The translations under genes were made by a program, and so were the position numbers. 64,000 nucleotides of DNA from Eledone cirrhosa (Eukaryota), in the NCBI GenBank assembly GCA_964016885.1, contig OZ024740.1:391406001-391470000 (forward strand). Reading direction: 5' to 3'. Below the pieces are notes generated by a model. That model saw only the letters and a list, made by a program, of their open reading frames with translations. It made no database searches and was not told the origin of the DNA. The first letter of the stretch is position 1. Every line of letters begins with the position of its first letter. Below, one piece after another: positions 1 through 12,950 of this stretch.

Positions 1-1523
1 TTGGATGTATTTGTATAGGGATTGTTAAAAGCCATGCATTAAATATTTTTGTGAAATGGATTGGCTTCAATTGCAAATCGAAATTGTCTTTGTTATTTGA
101 TTTGCAGTGAATCTTCTGCTACTATTTGTCTATCCCCATCATATATAACACAACATGTCGAGTAAATGAGGTGGCATCTTAACAACAAATTTACCTGCTA
201 GAAATAGCAACCAGATTTCCCCAAAATATATATCTAGGGCAAGGTATAATCCTAGATATCCAAGAAGACAGTTTTCTCACGTATGGAATGTCTTTGATAA
301 TGGTCTTTGATTAAGGTTGACCCGGGGTCTCATAAAAACTAATAATATTTCAAGCTCATAAATGTTCAAGAAGTAGTTATGCAATCGAGTGCCATCCATG
401 CTTTGCTCAGTAATTTCACACATGGTAGTAAACGGCTTAAAGTGGGAATCAGCAATTGAAGTAATAATACAATACTGAACATTACTTAAATTGCCTTTGT
501 CATTCCCTACTCATGCATATATGATTATTATTGGTTTTCATGTTGACGTAATGTTTTTTTTTTTTGTATATTACGCGTTTTTTCTTTCATCTTTTAAACA
601 TTCTTCGTTTACTCTGGCAAGTCTTTTTCAATATGCACTGTAACAACATTTCATATTTCATGCATATATTATTATACACCCCCATAACTTGACATATTTC
701 GGTGTTTCCTTTTATTTTCAATAATTTATAAAAAAAAATCTTCAAGCGCTCTTCTCCCTCCCTTTCTCTGTTTCTCTGTTCATGGTTACAAAAAAGAATT
801 TTGATCGATGTTCTTTTAATGCCATGTGTGTTACCATAGTAACTGTTCTCTGCATGAGTTGGCATACTTAAAGGAAGAGAAGAAAGAGAAGTAAAACACG
901 AAAACGATCAAAAGGTGACGAAAAAGTAAAAAGATACTACTGCTGTGCTGCTGGTGATGATGATGAGAAGGAGGTAAGAGGAAAAGGAGAAGGGAAGAGG
1001 CTATGTATGCTGTAGGTGCTGTAGGTGCTGTTGGTGCTGGGGATAGTTTTGATCTGTAGCAGTGAGAATTGATGATAATACAAGAGTGATGGTGGCGAAA
1101 TAAAACGTATCAATATTTTGGGTATTTGCTGCTCTTACTATTATATAAACATATATAGGTGCTCTTCTTTATTACGAGATTAGTCTTTGGTGAAATGGTG
1201 TCACGGCAGGTTTCACATTCCTAATTTCTACTTCGGCTCTAATTTTGAAATCTGTCTCATTATATTTATACTTATAAAATTGTTATTTTTAACTTTCCGT
1301 CAATCGTCATTGACTAATGTGTTACATAGATGACATTTCTTGCAGTAATTATTCTCTGAGAGCCAAATAAATGACGGTTTGCTAATATGTTTAGACGGTA
1401 GCCTTTTGGTTCATTGCAATATTACCATCGACTTTAGATATTTCAGTTTATGATTATCATTTCTTTAAGACTCCTATCTGTTAAGGGTAAAGGGTTTAGA
1501 TCGTTCTATCTTCTTTTCCTTGA

Positions 1524-1560
<37 letters not shown>

Positions 1561-1589
1561 TGATATATATATATATATATATATATATG

Positions 1590-2010
1590 CATGCTACTGT
1601 ACGTCTGTATACATATATGTATGTACGTATACATACATACTTACATTTAAGTAAGTGCCGTACTAAGAGTGAGAAATGAAATTTCGTTTTCATTTTATTA
1701 CAACTCATCGTTTTCGGTACGCCTGGCCGACATAACTCACTCGATATGCAAATTAGGCTGCTCAGCCGTTAATTTTCATAAGGAAAGTATATACTTTCGA
1801 ACGTTCAACTATCTGGCAGATGGGTATACGGTGCTGATGATAGCTAACAAGCTTGAAACTAGTACATCGTTCCTGTGTCAGTGTTGAACAAAAAGGTGAC
1901 GTGGTTTCCTTAACACCGTGCGGCATAAATTCAGGCTGTTCAGTTTGTTTACAAACGAACAAAGCGGGCGCTATAATAAGCGTCCGCTAAACTGATGCGT
2001 ACATATATGT
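1590..2010 (+). mobile_element. Non-coding hammerhead-containing repeat (family R1; non-autonomous Penelope-like or retrozyme-like), about one unit, between (TA)n tracts
   Basis: Homologous by eye to 11308-11840 and 13387-14193; contains a minimal type I hammerhead; flanked by (TA)n on both sides; no meaningful ORF. Confidence 0.7.
1828..1870 (+). ncRNA. Minimal type I hammerhead ribozyme
   Basis: acggtg-CTGATGA-tagct aaca agctt-GAAA-ctag-TA-catcgt: stem I acggtg/catcgt, intact core, palindromic stem III (ctag), GUA cleavage triplet. Confidence 0.8.
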
Positions 2011-2031
2011 ATGTATATATATATGTATATA

Positions 2032-2072
<41 letters not shown>

Positions 2073-2163
2073 CGAAGGAAATGTGGTAAGGAACCAGGTG
2101 GACCATAACGCACCAAAGTACTCAATACTTGAGGTAGTAGAGTGTGTAATAGGAACCAGTAAG

Positions 2164-2257
2164 ACCCCGACAGCTGAGCTCAAGCCGTTTCGACGGCTAA
2201 TTCTGGACTAAATGAAAATTTATCCTGGTATTTAAATAGCCGATCTTCTCAAGGGGT
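2164..2257 (-). ncRNA. Type I hammerhead ribozyme with U3-A8 variant core (mirror of 3052-3145)
   Basis: Reverse complement of 3052-3145. Confidence 0.7.
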
Positions 2258-3051
2258 AATTCCATATATGGTCAAAGTGATTGTCAAAAATCAGTAGTAA
2301 TTCTGTGGTTGCAAATTAGTAAGGGAGATGGTGGCTAAACCTGCCAGTAGGAGAAAGAGGGGAGGGGGTGGAGTAGACCCAATCAAGCGTTGGTAGTGCC
2401 AGCTACAGCTGGGCATGAGGTCAAAGAAGATACGGGGGAGGGGGAGGGGGAGGAAGTCGGAACGGTAGGTAGAACAATGGGGGTAGAAATATATAGGAAA
2501 GAAAAAATACTGATAGTGAAGAAAAGCAAATAAGTGTAAAGAAAAAAGTAAAGTAAATTAAATTCTACGACCTAGGTGTCAGGCTATTGTTAGGCTAGAA
2601 TAAAATAAAGAAAGAAAGAAAGAAGTAAATAAATAAATAAATAAATAACGAAATAAGTAAAAGAACTAGGTGGGACGGTATAGGCAAGGACCCTTTTAAG
2701 AGGTATAAGTACGTAAATGATACGGTGACGGGTCAACAAAAGGGGCCAAAATACTAAAGAGACTACCACAAAATAAACAATAAAGGTTTCCATCCCGGGC
2801 CAGCAACGACCCAGTGCAGCAAAGTGAACTATTGTTCTACCTACCGTTCCGACTTCCTCCCCCTCCCCCTCCCCCGTATCTTCTTTGACCTCATGCCCAG
2901 CTGTAGCTGGCACTACCAACGCTTGATTGGGTCTACTCCACCCCCTCCCCTCTTTCTCCTACTGGCAGGTTTAGCCACCATCTCCCTTACTAATTTGCAA
3001 CCACAGAATTACCACTGATTTTTGACAATCACTTTGACCATATATGGAATT

Positions 3052-3145
3052 ACCCCTTGAGAAGATCGGCTATTTAAATACCAGGATAAATTTTCATTTA
3101 GTCCAGAATTAGCCGTCGAAACGGCTTGAGCTCAGCTGTCGGGGT
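3052..3145 (+). ncRNA. Type I hammerhead ribozyme with U3-A8 variant core
   Basis: acccc-TTGAGAA-ga(t)cggcta...tagccgtc-GAAA-cggc ttgagctca gctg-TC-ggggt: stems I, II and III all pair; GUC triplet, predicted cleavage after 3140. Confidence 0.75.
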
Positions 3146-3155
3146 CTTACTGGTT

Positions 3156-3195
<40 letters not shown>

Positions 3196-3274
3196 TGCTA
3201 CTGTACGTCTGCATACATATATGTATGTACGTATACATACATACTTACATATATATATATATATATACATATAA

Positions 3275-3515
3275 CATTCTTTTTCTAATCCGGATAAGAA
3301 ATTTTCTACTTCTTTATCACAATTAATATGGTCTTTAAAAGAGAAAAATTAAAATAGTTAATCTCTTGGACTAAACTTCGAAACTGTGAACTTTATCGGA
3401 ATAATTCCATCTCACCTACCAGCAATCTTTGCAATACTGAGACTCTATTAATAATTGCTAATTATGGTAATTTAATTAATAAAAAAGTGAGTTATTCTCA
3501 AATTGCCTCCATAAA
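3275..3515 (+). pseudogene. Decayed C-terminal GIY-YIG endonuclease region of a Penelope-like element
   Basis: Manual translation across frameshifts: HSFSNPDKKFSTSLSQLIWSLKEKN / ISWTKLRNCELY / NLCNTETLLII..NLINKK-SELFSNCLH. This matches the ST.LS..IW.LK / C.LC..E / LNK.SEL...C.H pattern of PLE endonuclease C-termini. Confidence 0.65.
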
Positions 3516-4722
3516 TCTGCAACAACATTTCAAGCATCATATAAAATTAGGAAAAAACATTGACTGAGTGAGAAAAGATATTGACTCTTATTAATAATTC
3601 TTGTAATGCTTCTATTATTGCTATTATTGTTATTATTGATATTGTGTATAATGTCTCTACCTCACCTTAGGAAATGCATACCTGTTCTTTAAAAGAGTAA
3701 CCTTTAGTTCGATTTAGAATCCTCTTTTTAAATCCTGAATTTTATAAATTTGAGATCTGTAATATCTTCAGGCTTTCAAACCGTTTAATTAATTTAAACG
3801 TTTAGATACGTCGTACGAAGATATTGTTTACATTTATCGTGTATAAGTTTCATTTTATCCAAATTGATTAATAATCTGTATTTAACTTGATTTATAGTAT
3901 TGAATACAGTAAAATTTGGTTGAATCGAAATAATAATACTCTCAAGTGTAAATATAACTAATAATTAATCCTATATGTAATTGACAAATATTGATTTAAA
4001 TAGTATTGTTTATAATATTTATATTTCTAAACATATACAATGCATATACAGATGCTAATATCCAAGTAAGTTAAGTTTAATAATATCATATTTACTATAT
4101 TTGTAAGCCCCATTGTTAGTTAATAATATTTATAATTTTGAATTTTATAACTAAATTATTGAATGTATTTACTAATTTAAATATGCTCCAGATTATCATT
4201 GAAAATATGTTATATTATTTTATATTACTCTATATTGTTTGAATTTTGATATAATATAATAGTATAATTTCTTTCAAATATTATAGAGTAAAAATTTCAC
4301 GGTATTTAATTGATCGTTTATACCTAACTTAATATTTGAAAAAAAACGGTCACGCATCATGTACCTCTATTCTTCTTTTCCTTATCTAGTCTCCCTCTCT
4401 TCGTTTTTATCTTTATCTCTCTATTTTTTCCTTTTCTCCTCTATTTAGCTCTCTCTCATTTGTTTTTTCTCTAATACGGATATTTACATATTTAATTATT
4501 TAAATATTTAACATTTATGTAGTTATGTGTTTATGTATTTTATTTATTTATTTATGTATTTATTGTTTTTCTACACCTTTTCCTACTCACCCTCTCCATT
4601 CTATGTAGTTTGTCATGTTAGTACTTATGGTATATAAATATTGAGTTTTGTTATAATTAATCACTGCCAAGACTGAAATTGAACCATCAGCACAGTTGAG
4701 GTATGTCATACATCAATTTATA

Positions 4723-4788
4723 TATTTTATCTGATGAGGACGTACTGAGGAAACAGCACAGTGCCTCCGAAATATATATAATAAAATA
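4723..4788 (+). ncRNA. Minimal type I hammerhead ribozyme (PLE pseudo-LTR type)
   Basis: tattttat-CTGATGA-ggacgtactg...cagtgcctcc-GAAA-tatata-TA-ataaaata: 8-bp stem I, paired stem II, palindromic stem III; downstream of the PLE endonuclease remnant and about 45 nt before (TA)n. Confidence 0.8.
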
Positions 4789-4829
4789 CATTTGATTACA
4801 TGAATGTCTATATTTATTAATATTTTGAA

Positions 4830-4896
<67 letters not shown>

Positions 4897-4957
4897 GTTT
4901 CATATACTGTACCGATTGTGTTGTTATTTCTGTTTACCTTTTACACACACATATATA

Positions 4958-5120
4958 TAGGAAAAGAGTCAGGACCCCGACGGCTGAGCTCCGGCCGTTT
5001 CGACAAGAGCTCAGCTGTCGGGGTCCTGACTCTTTTCCTATTACCCACTCTCATACAATAAGTGTCGAGTACTCGGGTGCGTTATGGTCCACCTGGTTTC
5101 TTACCACACTTTCTTTGTTA
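4958..5120. mobile_element. Short fold-back copy of family R2 in (TA)n
   Basis: Hairpin taggaaaagagtcaggaccccgac...gtcggggtcctgactcttttccta (4958-5040) plus about 80-nt tail homologous to the reverse complement of 2071-2148. Confidence 0.7.
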
Positions 5121-6919
5121 TATATATATACACACATACATATACACATATATAGATATACACATATATTTCAGTTATCAGGGATTATTTCTTGTTTTCT
5201 TTTTTTTCTTTTACTCTACCATTGTGTTATGCTGTTAAGATCACTGTCATTACATGCCTGGTATATGTTGTTTACTAGATTTGTTCTATTACATTTTGTT
5301 TACACATTAGAAAATAAGTAATTGTACTTAATTAACTGCATTAAAAACAATGTTTATGATAGGGTTGAGGTATTCAATATTGTGAAGATTATAAATCTAT
5401 TTAGCAATGCAAAAGTTGCTAGGGAGAGATACTATTTACGAATAGCATATCTGAATAATTAACTTCGGGGATTCTTATTCTTAATATGCTAATTTTTACC
5501 CCTATTAAATTACGTTTACAAGTCCGGCATGTAGGCTTTGATGGGGAGTTCTAATAATAATAATAATAATAATAACAAAACACGTCAGAAGTTGTCTCAT
5601 ATTCTTGCGAAAATGATGAAAATAATATTAGTTATCGACGCAAAGTTACCTTTTCTTCACCACATAATTACTTCTGAATAGATTTGTTATGCTCGCAACA
5701 TCAAATATCTCATCACTAACAACTTTATTTTATGTTGTACAACATAATACGTTCCAATTGGCCTCAATAAACGTATGATATTCCGGTGGGACAGTGTCGC
5801 TATTTTTTTAGTCTTAAAATTTGCATTTTGCATGTTTGGAAATTTACAAATCCCATTGGTTAAACATATATGATGGAAGTGATATTAATAAACCAACTAA
5901 TGCTAAAATCAACATAAAATCAACATATTGATTGATTAAAGAAACTGGCCAAAGGACAAACTATGGAAGCACTGATTAATGTCACAGCAAACAAACAAAC
6001 ATCAATGTCATTGTCCTTGTCTAATATAAAATGACAATAACAATTATTAACACTAACTATTTCATGACGGCATTAAGTCAGGAAATGCTGGGATTCGAGG
6101 AACGATAATATTCCAAACAAAATGTGTATAAACCATACACTGATCATAACCTGCTTCGAACTAATCAATGATAAAACTAACACCAAATTCATATGATTCC
6201 GTATAGAAAACTAATGTGCATCAACCATACAGCCTCAACAGGAAGGTACTCAATACCTTCGTAGAGTGTAAGCATTTTTTATTTTATATAGACATAACTT
6301 CTACTGGACTAGAACTGTTTCATTCACATGAAACCATAAAAAATGTCAGATAAAATTAATGAGTCTGTTTATTCATAAGTATCAATTGGTTGGTAGTTGA
6401 AGGCAATAATGGGGGCGGATGGTAGGATGGGCATGGAGGCGCGGAAAAGAGTAATGGAGAGAGAAAAGAAGACGAAGAAGACGTATAATAAAGGGAACGG
6501 AGGCAAGGTATAAGGGAATGGGCAGGAGAGATAGGGGAGGTTATCTTTTTATATCCCCAGAAAATAACAACAAAACATTGAGATGGTCGCCTTGCCTGGC
6601 TGGTTCTAGACATTAGGGTTAAGTTTATGGAAGTAAATCAAATCTACACGCCACCTCCATAATTGAAACTTAAGTGTCAGTCTACCTCATGGTCCCGGCC
6701 GACAGGTTGGAGAAAACATTGCCCCGGAGGACGTCGAGTGAGACGCCCTGGAACAGCCACTCTAACTCGCAGAGCTCCCAGCTTCGGGTAGCAAATGATG
6801 GTACTGGGTTGCGCCAAGCATCACTGTGAAGTTGGGAGGCCAAGCAAAAACATGCCAGAGAGCCGGCGCACCAGCCTGTTTGAGGTTATGTTGCACTGTG
6901 AGCGTTATACATATATATA

Positions 6920-6920
6920 C

Positions 6921-7003
<83 letters not shown>
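6920..7003. repeat. (GA)n microsatellite
   Basis: Direct observation. Confidence 0.95.
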
Positions 7004-7007
<4 letters not shown>

Positions 7008-9682
7008 AGTTGACGCATATATACATTGTGAAAATGTAAATGTTAGTATATAAACGACGTGTAAGACAAATATATGGTTTCCTACTAATCCCATTCGCCA
7101 CCAAAGTCATTTTTATAAAGATATATTTCTTGAAAGTCTTTCTCTTACTTTTTCACTGAGAATGCCACGGCAATTCACTAGGTAGTGGGTTGTAAGACTT
7201 TCTGTTTGTGTACATTAAGTAAATCTGAAACATAGACCACATATTCATTACATAAAAACCTATGGAACATTTAATGCATGTTACATTACAGGGCATTAAG
7301 ATATTTTGGAGATTATTTACCACACCCGCCGCTTTTAAACTAATGCATTTATCCGTTTAGCCACAAAATATATATCATTTTTTAACATCAGGTTTTGGCT
7401 ATATATATAAAGTGACTAAAAAAGTGAAAATGAATAAATCAGACACTTTATATATCCGCTAGAACTAATGTAGTGAGTAAAACATTTAGAGTACCCTGCT
7501 AGGGGAATGTAGTACGTTGGAGCCATTAAAAAGAAGCAAGGATGTATATAGTTGAACCTAGGTAGTATAATTTAAGTTCATCTAAGAGTTATTTAATCAC
7601 TGATGGTATACAATGGCTCAACAAATGACCATTTATGAGATGTACGAACGAAGTTCAATATTTTGTAGTGGCTAATGGGGAATGTTTCTGTCTATCCTTA
7701 CCAATTTTCTAAACTATGATTTAAAGCAATCGAATATAGTCACAGTCATTTTCTGAGTTTGAGATTTCTATATTTTTAAAGAATATATATGTATGCAAGC
7801 CTGGTCCCGTAACTCCTATGTCGGTCGTAGGGGCGCCCTATTGATATACCGTGTTTCTAGGACATTTTAAAACATGTCGGAACCCATCTCTCCATGTCTG
7901 AATACTGTTTGTATCTAAAAAGCATACCTGCTCCCTTCTCGGGAACAGCAATTCCTGACATTCAATATATATATATATATATTTGTGTGTGTGTTTAAAT
8001 GAGTGTGTGTGTGTATGTGTGTATGTGTATATGTTTAAATGTATATATGTATGTACGTGTAAATAGATGGATATAGTTTCATCATAGCCACACACTTTCA
8101 AACTTGGGGGGTGGATATATTCGGTTAGGTCGACCCTGATAGTATATTTTATCACGCCGTAATGGCAATATTAGCCACGGTGAGAATTGAACCCACAACG
8201 TATAGGATCATTTAAATACCGCAATGCGTTTGTGCAATGCTTAACGATTTTGCAACAGACGTGTTATTATGAATATATTTATATACAAACTTATTTTCCT
8301 TTAAGAGCATTCATGCAAAAGTTTTTATCGCTACTGTAAAGAGTTCTGATCATTGTGTCTATAAGTATTTAGTGCCTCATAAGCTATGTCTAAGAGAGAC
8401 GAAACTGTAAATAAATTTTCTCATATAGCTAATCGTCCATTAAACATCAGTAAATCCGCAGTTCGCATACAGTGTCTTTAAATCATAGTTGGATGGATGA
8501 CTTCAACTTATGGATGGAAAGTTATGGACACACACACAATAAGATACAAAATTACACTCGTATAGATACATTTGCTGTCTCTATCACTCACACACATACA
8601 CACAAACACACACTCACGCACATACACACATACAAACAGAAACTCACACAAATACACATGCACACATACATTAATATATTATCGTGTAACATAAAGAGTT
8701 ATTTTGGTGAGATGTTGGACAGATGATGTTGCACATAAATAATAGAAGAATGGCGTATGTTGCTGGATGGTTTCAGCGTGTTGAGGACGAAGGAAACGTT
8801 GAGGCTATAATAAATATTCTAATTTAAATAAGCAGAAGTTTCCTGTATATCGAAACAATAAATGGCAGCGTATCATGTAGTTAATCTCAAGTTCTACTTA
8901 GGTGGGGCGAAATGCAATAGTAATTTCTATAGTACGTTGTAAATTCAATAAATAAATAGACAAGACAAACCCAGAATATATTATTTGTAACTTTAGGAAA
9001 TATGAGTGACAAACAAAAATCGTTGAAGATCCGAACCAAAGAATTCCTTTCTTAGAGAATGTCTTTGTCAGGATTCTGTTGCCTGCTTCGTTTATTAGTT
9101 TTCGTTGCTTTATGTTTTATATTTCTGCAACATTCCTACAATTTTTCGTGGCTCACTCCTGTAACCCGATTTCATATTTTTAGAACCGACACTTTCTTCC
9201 TCCTTTTCTGTTTTACTATATCACATTTTGGAAACGATAAGGCTAACGGCTACTTGATTGGAAATAGGAAACAGTAGTTTGCAGCTTTTAAGATTCTGTT
9301 AATTACCAGGGAAATACAATTTAATAATTTTCTTTATAAGTATTGCTTTATCGCTTTTCTCATCGATATTTACAAGTTGCATCGATACACATGAGCAAAA
9401 AAAAAAAATATATGCATATATTAATTAAATAAAAACGGGAGGAAACATAATAGTACCACTGATGATGTCACAGATGTGTAACGAAAGAACTTTGATAGAC
9501 TATATATATATTTATATCTGTATTTTTAACCGTTGGTCAATCAATGATAAACACTGATTGGCAGATAAATTAAGTATGGAGATATAAAAGATACAGAAGT
9601 GAAAACCAACCCAAACCAAACAGTGAGCGTGTTCTGTTATTATTTCTGGCAATAATATAACAATATGACCCTCCCCAAGTAT

Positions 9683-9725
<43 letters not shown>

Positions 9726-9729
<4 letters not shown>

Positions 9730-9923
9730 AAAAAGTATGACCCCGACGGCAGAGCTCAAGCCGTTTCGACGGCTATTTCTAGACAGTCCAGAAATAGCCG
9801 TCGAAACGGCTTGAGTTCTGCCGTCGGGGTCATACTTTTTCCTATTTCCCACTCTACTACCCTAAGTATTGAATATTCTGGTGCGTTATGGTCCACCTGG
9901 TTCCTTACCACAATTCCTTTGTT
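9726..9923. mobile_element. Short fold-back copy of family R2 in (TA)n
   Basis: About 55-bp near-perfect hairpin 9726-9844 containing the 3' half of the hammerhead, plus the same ~80-nt tail. Confidence 0.75.
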
Positions 9924-10033
9924 ATATATAATGCGATGAAATACCAATGATGGTTGGCAAATCACTGATGAGGGACTAATTTTATAATATGTAATCCATG
10001 TGCAAGCATGCAGTATTCTTCTCCCCTTGTTTT

Positions 10034-10102
<69 letters not shown>

Positions 10103-10689
10103 ACCGCTAGAACAAAAAGTTGACGATAGTCGTCTAAAACACATAGCGTAAAATGCATTTATGTATCCGCTATGATCGAGCGAAAATTAATTATACACAT
10201 ACACACACATACAGACATATATATATATATAAGGTAGGTGCCCTCATGCGTGAAGATGTTATAAAATAGCTCATAAAATAGGGTGACAACCCTTAAAGAC
10301 GGAAAAGGAAGTTGCCATATGGTGAAAATTCATATTGTCCGTCACTGGAATGGCCTACACGATTAATTAGGGTGCAAGTGACTGAGCATTCTACAGGCAC
10401 GTGTACCCTTAAAATAATTATTGGAGAGATTCAACGTGACAAAGTGTGTGAGACGGATTACTCTTCTATATATTATAGATACAGTCTTTTCAATGATCTT
10501 TCAAATAATTTCAGTTCACCTAATTTCACACACGAAACATGGGTCGACCCGATACAGTGTGTGTGACAGTATGCAGGTTTAGCTGGCCTCTTAGTTGGAC
10601 ACTTATTCAGGTTTAGCTTGCCTCTTCCAATGTATATCTCGTTGGAGGTGTCTTGGATAATTTAATTATAGGGACCCCAATCCTATCAT

Positions 10690-10833
10690 CTCATTTCTAC
10701 AGCTGAGTAAACTGGGGCAACATGAAATAAAGTGTCTTGCTCAAGGAAACAACACATCACCCGGTCCGAGAATTGAACACACAACCTTTCGATTGCAAGC
10801 CCAATGCTCTAACCACTAAGCCATGCACCTTCA
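10690..10833 (-). mobile_element. tRNA-derived CORE-type SINE, partial (OR-like)
   Basis: Minus strand reads tggcttagtggttagag (A box)...gttcaattc (B box)...ccttgagcaagacactt (CORE-like); homologous to 57343-57672. Confidence 0.7.
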
Positions 10834-11307
10834 CCCGATACAGTAGTAAATGGTAACAATCAACGAAGCCAGGCATTGGATTCTAACACTTGGCCTAATG
10901 ATTGCGAACTTATCCATTCAGCTAGGCTGCATCCATACATACATACATGATGATGATGGCTGCAACTCGATTTCGAGTATTGTCATCGCTTGATACTTAA
11001 GCATGAGCATCACGGACGTGGATTCCTAGTCCTACTATGGCCAACAATGGCATGCATCGCAAAAAACATGTCACATATCAAGCGATGATATACATACATA
11101 CATACATACATACATACATTTATATATAGAGATTCACACAAAATTACCGAATAACCTAAGCCACACACTCACACATGTATATGTATGTGTATGTGTGTGT
11201 GTGTTCACCCTGTAGCACAAAATATCACTGAGACAAAATACAGTTAACGTGCCGCCAGTGATACTCACACACACGCGCAAACACACATATACTATACATA
11301 CATAAGA

Positions 11308-11836
11308 ATGAAACGTAATTTCATTTCCCACTCTTAGTACGGCTGATACTTAAATATATGTATGTATACGTACATACATATATGTATACCGATGTACAGT
11401 AGTATGTATATATATACATACATGCACACATATATATGTACGTATGGATTTACCGAACATTTATTACAATGTTCGGTTTGCTTGTAAACAAACAGCCCGA
11501 ATTAAGCCGTACAGTGTCTAGCAACCATCGTTGCCCCTTTGTTCAACACTGACAAAGGAACGATGAACTAGTTTCAAGCTTATTAGCTATCGTCAGCATC
11601 GTATACCTTCCTGTCAGATGATTGAACGTTTGAAAGTATATATCGCCCGGCCGACTAACTCACTCGATATGCAAATTGGGCTGCTCAGCCGTTAATATGC
11701 ATAAGGAAAGTATATGCTTTCAAACGTTCAATCATCTGACAAGAAGGTATACGATGCTGACGATAGTTAATAAGCTATGTATATATATATACATACTACT
11801 GTACGTCTGTATACATATATGTATGTACGTATAATA

Positions 11837-11840
<4 letters not shown>
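11308..11840. mobile_element. Family R1 copy with internal inversions
   Basis: Minus-strand unit 11308-11640 followed by plus-strand pieces; homologous to 13387-14193. Confidence 0.7.
11560..11602 (-). ncRNA. Minimal type I hammerhead ribozyme (GUU triplet)
   Basis: Reverse complement acgatg-CTGACGA-tagctaataagctt-GAAA-ctag-TT-catcgt. Confidence 0.7.
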
Positions 11841-11886
<46 letters not shown>

Positions 11887-12640
11887 CATGCATGCATATA
11901 TATATATATATATAAATTTACATAACTATTTACGAGTGTATTCATTAGTGCAATGGAGCGTAACTACACAAGCAAATCTGAAAAAGAGCCACTTACAACT
12001 AACATTCCGTAAATATATTTCTTCCTATGCTATTAAAATCTTGCGCCTGTTTGCTTTTCTTAGCGATTTTGTCAATATATATCTTTCCTCAATTCAACTT
12101 CATTGCGATCAATACAGTTTTAGTTTTGTCAAAATCTTGCTTGCTTTTATAGGCAACGTGTCTCAGTTAATTTATTGAATACTAAGATTCTGCTTACTAA
12201 AACTGTTTTCACGTTTCAATACTTCTATTGTATTGACATTTCTATACCTAATTGTCTTTCACTCCACCCCCCTCTCTCTCTTTCAATCTTAATCTATCTC
12301 TCACACACTCTCTATTATACTCTCTTATATTTCTCTCGATAAAAAAAATAGAAATAAGATGTTCGGGTCTTGACTTTCAGTGGAAAATAATAAAAAAAAT
12401 TGGACGGTAGAATGTACCAACAGAGCAATTTATATAGCAACAAAAGCTTGTGTGACAAGAGAACTAATCTTCACGTTTAAAGTCGTTAAATTAGCAACAT
12501 GGAACAAATTGTAGATTGTTTCATCAATATCCTATCCTCATATGCATTACATTAACACACAAAAAACAAACAAACAAAAAAACAACAACAAAACAATACA
12601 TACGTAGTCAAATTCATATATGGCAAGTCGCCGTACATTC

Positions 12641-12950
12641 ATATCACCATCCTTATCCTGCGGCCTCAGCCGAAATGGACTCAACAATTGATCTCCACGT
12701 GGGTCTGTCGTTCATTGCCGTTGCCAAGTCCTGGATTTCAATACAAGAATCTCTGGAGATGACATCGGGATAGGAGAGCTTGCGCCCCCTCTCATTAGTG
12801 ACTGCTTGTGGTTTCCAAAGCACTAATGGGGACACAGCCTCATAGGTGGCACGATGGCAGTGGCCAGCAAATCTTACTCTCCTTTTACGTACAACGACAG
12901 ATATGCGAGGGAGGCCGACATATATCTCTCTCAAAGTCAGATGGCATTTA
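12641..12950 (-). mobile_element. 5'-truncated RTE/RTEX-clade LINE 3' end
   Basis: ORF 12653-13081 ends LPRISVVVRKRRVRFAGHCHR..EAVSPLVLWKP..RGR...MNDRPTWR, typical of the RTE C-terminus. Confidence 0.75.

Larger units (their letters stand above)
2071..3160. mobile_element. Penelope-like element remnant with inverted pseudo-LTRs (family R2) in (TA)n
   Basis: Near-perfect inverted arms 2149-2478 / 2832-3160; the left copy carries about 80 extra nt (2071-2148); (TA)n on both sides; a hammerhead in each arm. Confidence 0.7.

Noticed and set aside
587-890. Possible terminal host exon on the minus strand (pyrimidine tract, AAG acceptor, YANSCREQLLW* or the 92-aa ORF)
   Set aside because: Weak acceptor, no recognisable protein and no partner exons found.
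6600-6900. GC-richer segment that might be a LINE 5' end
   Set aside because: No motif, ORF or second copy in the window.
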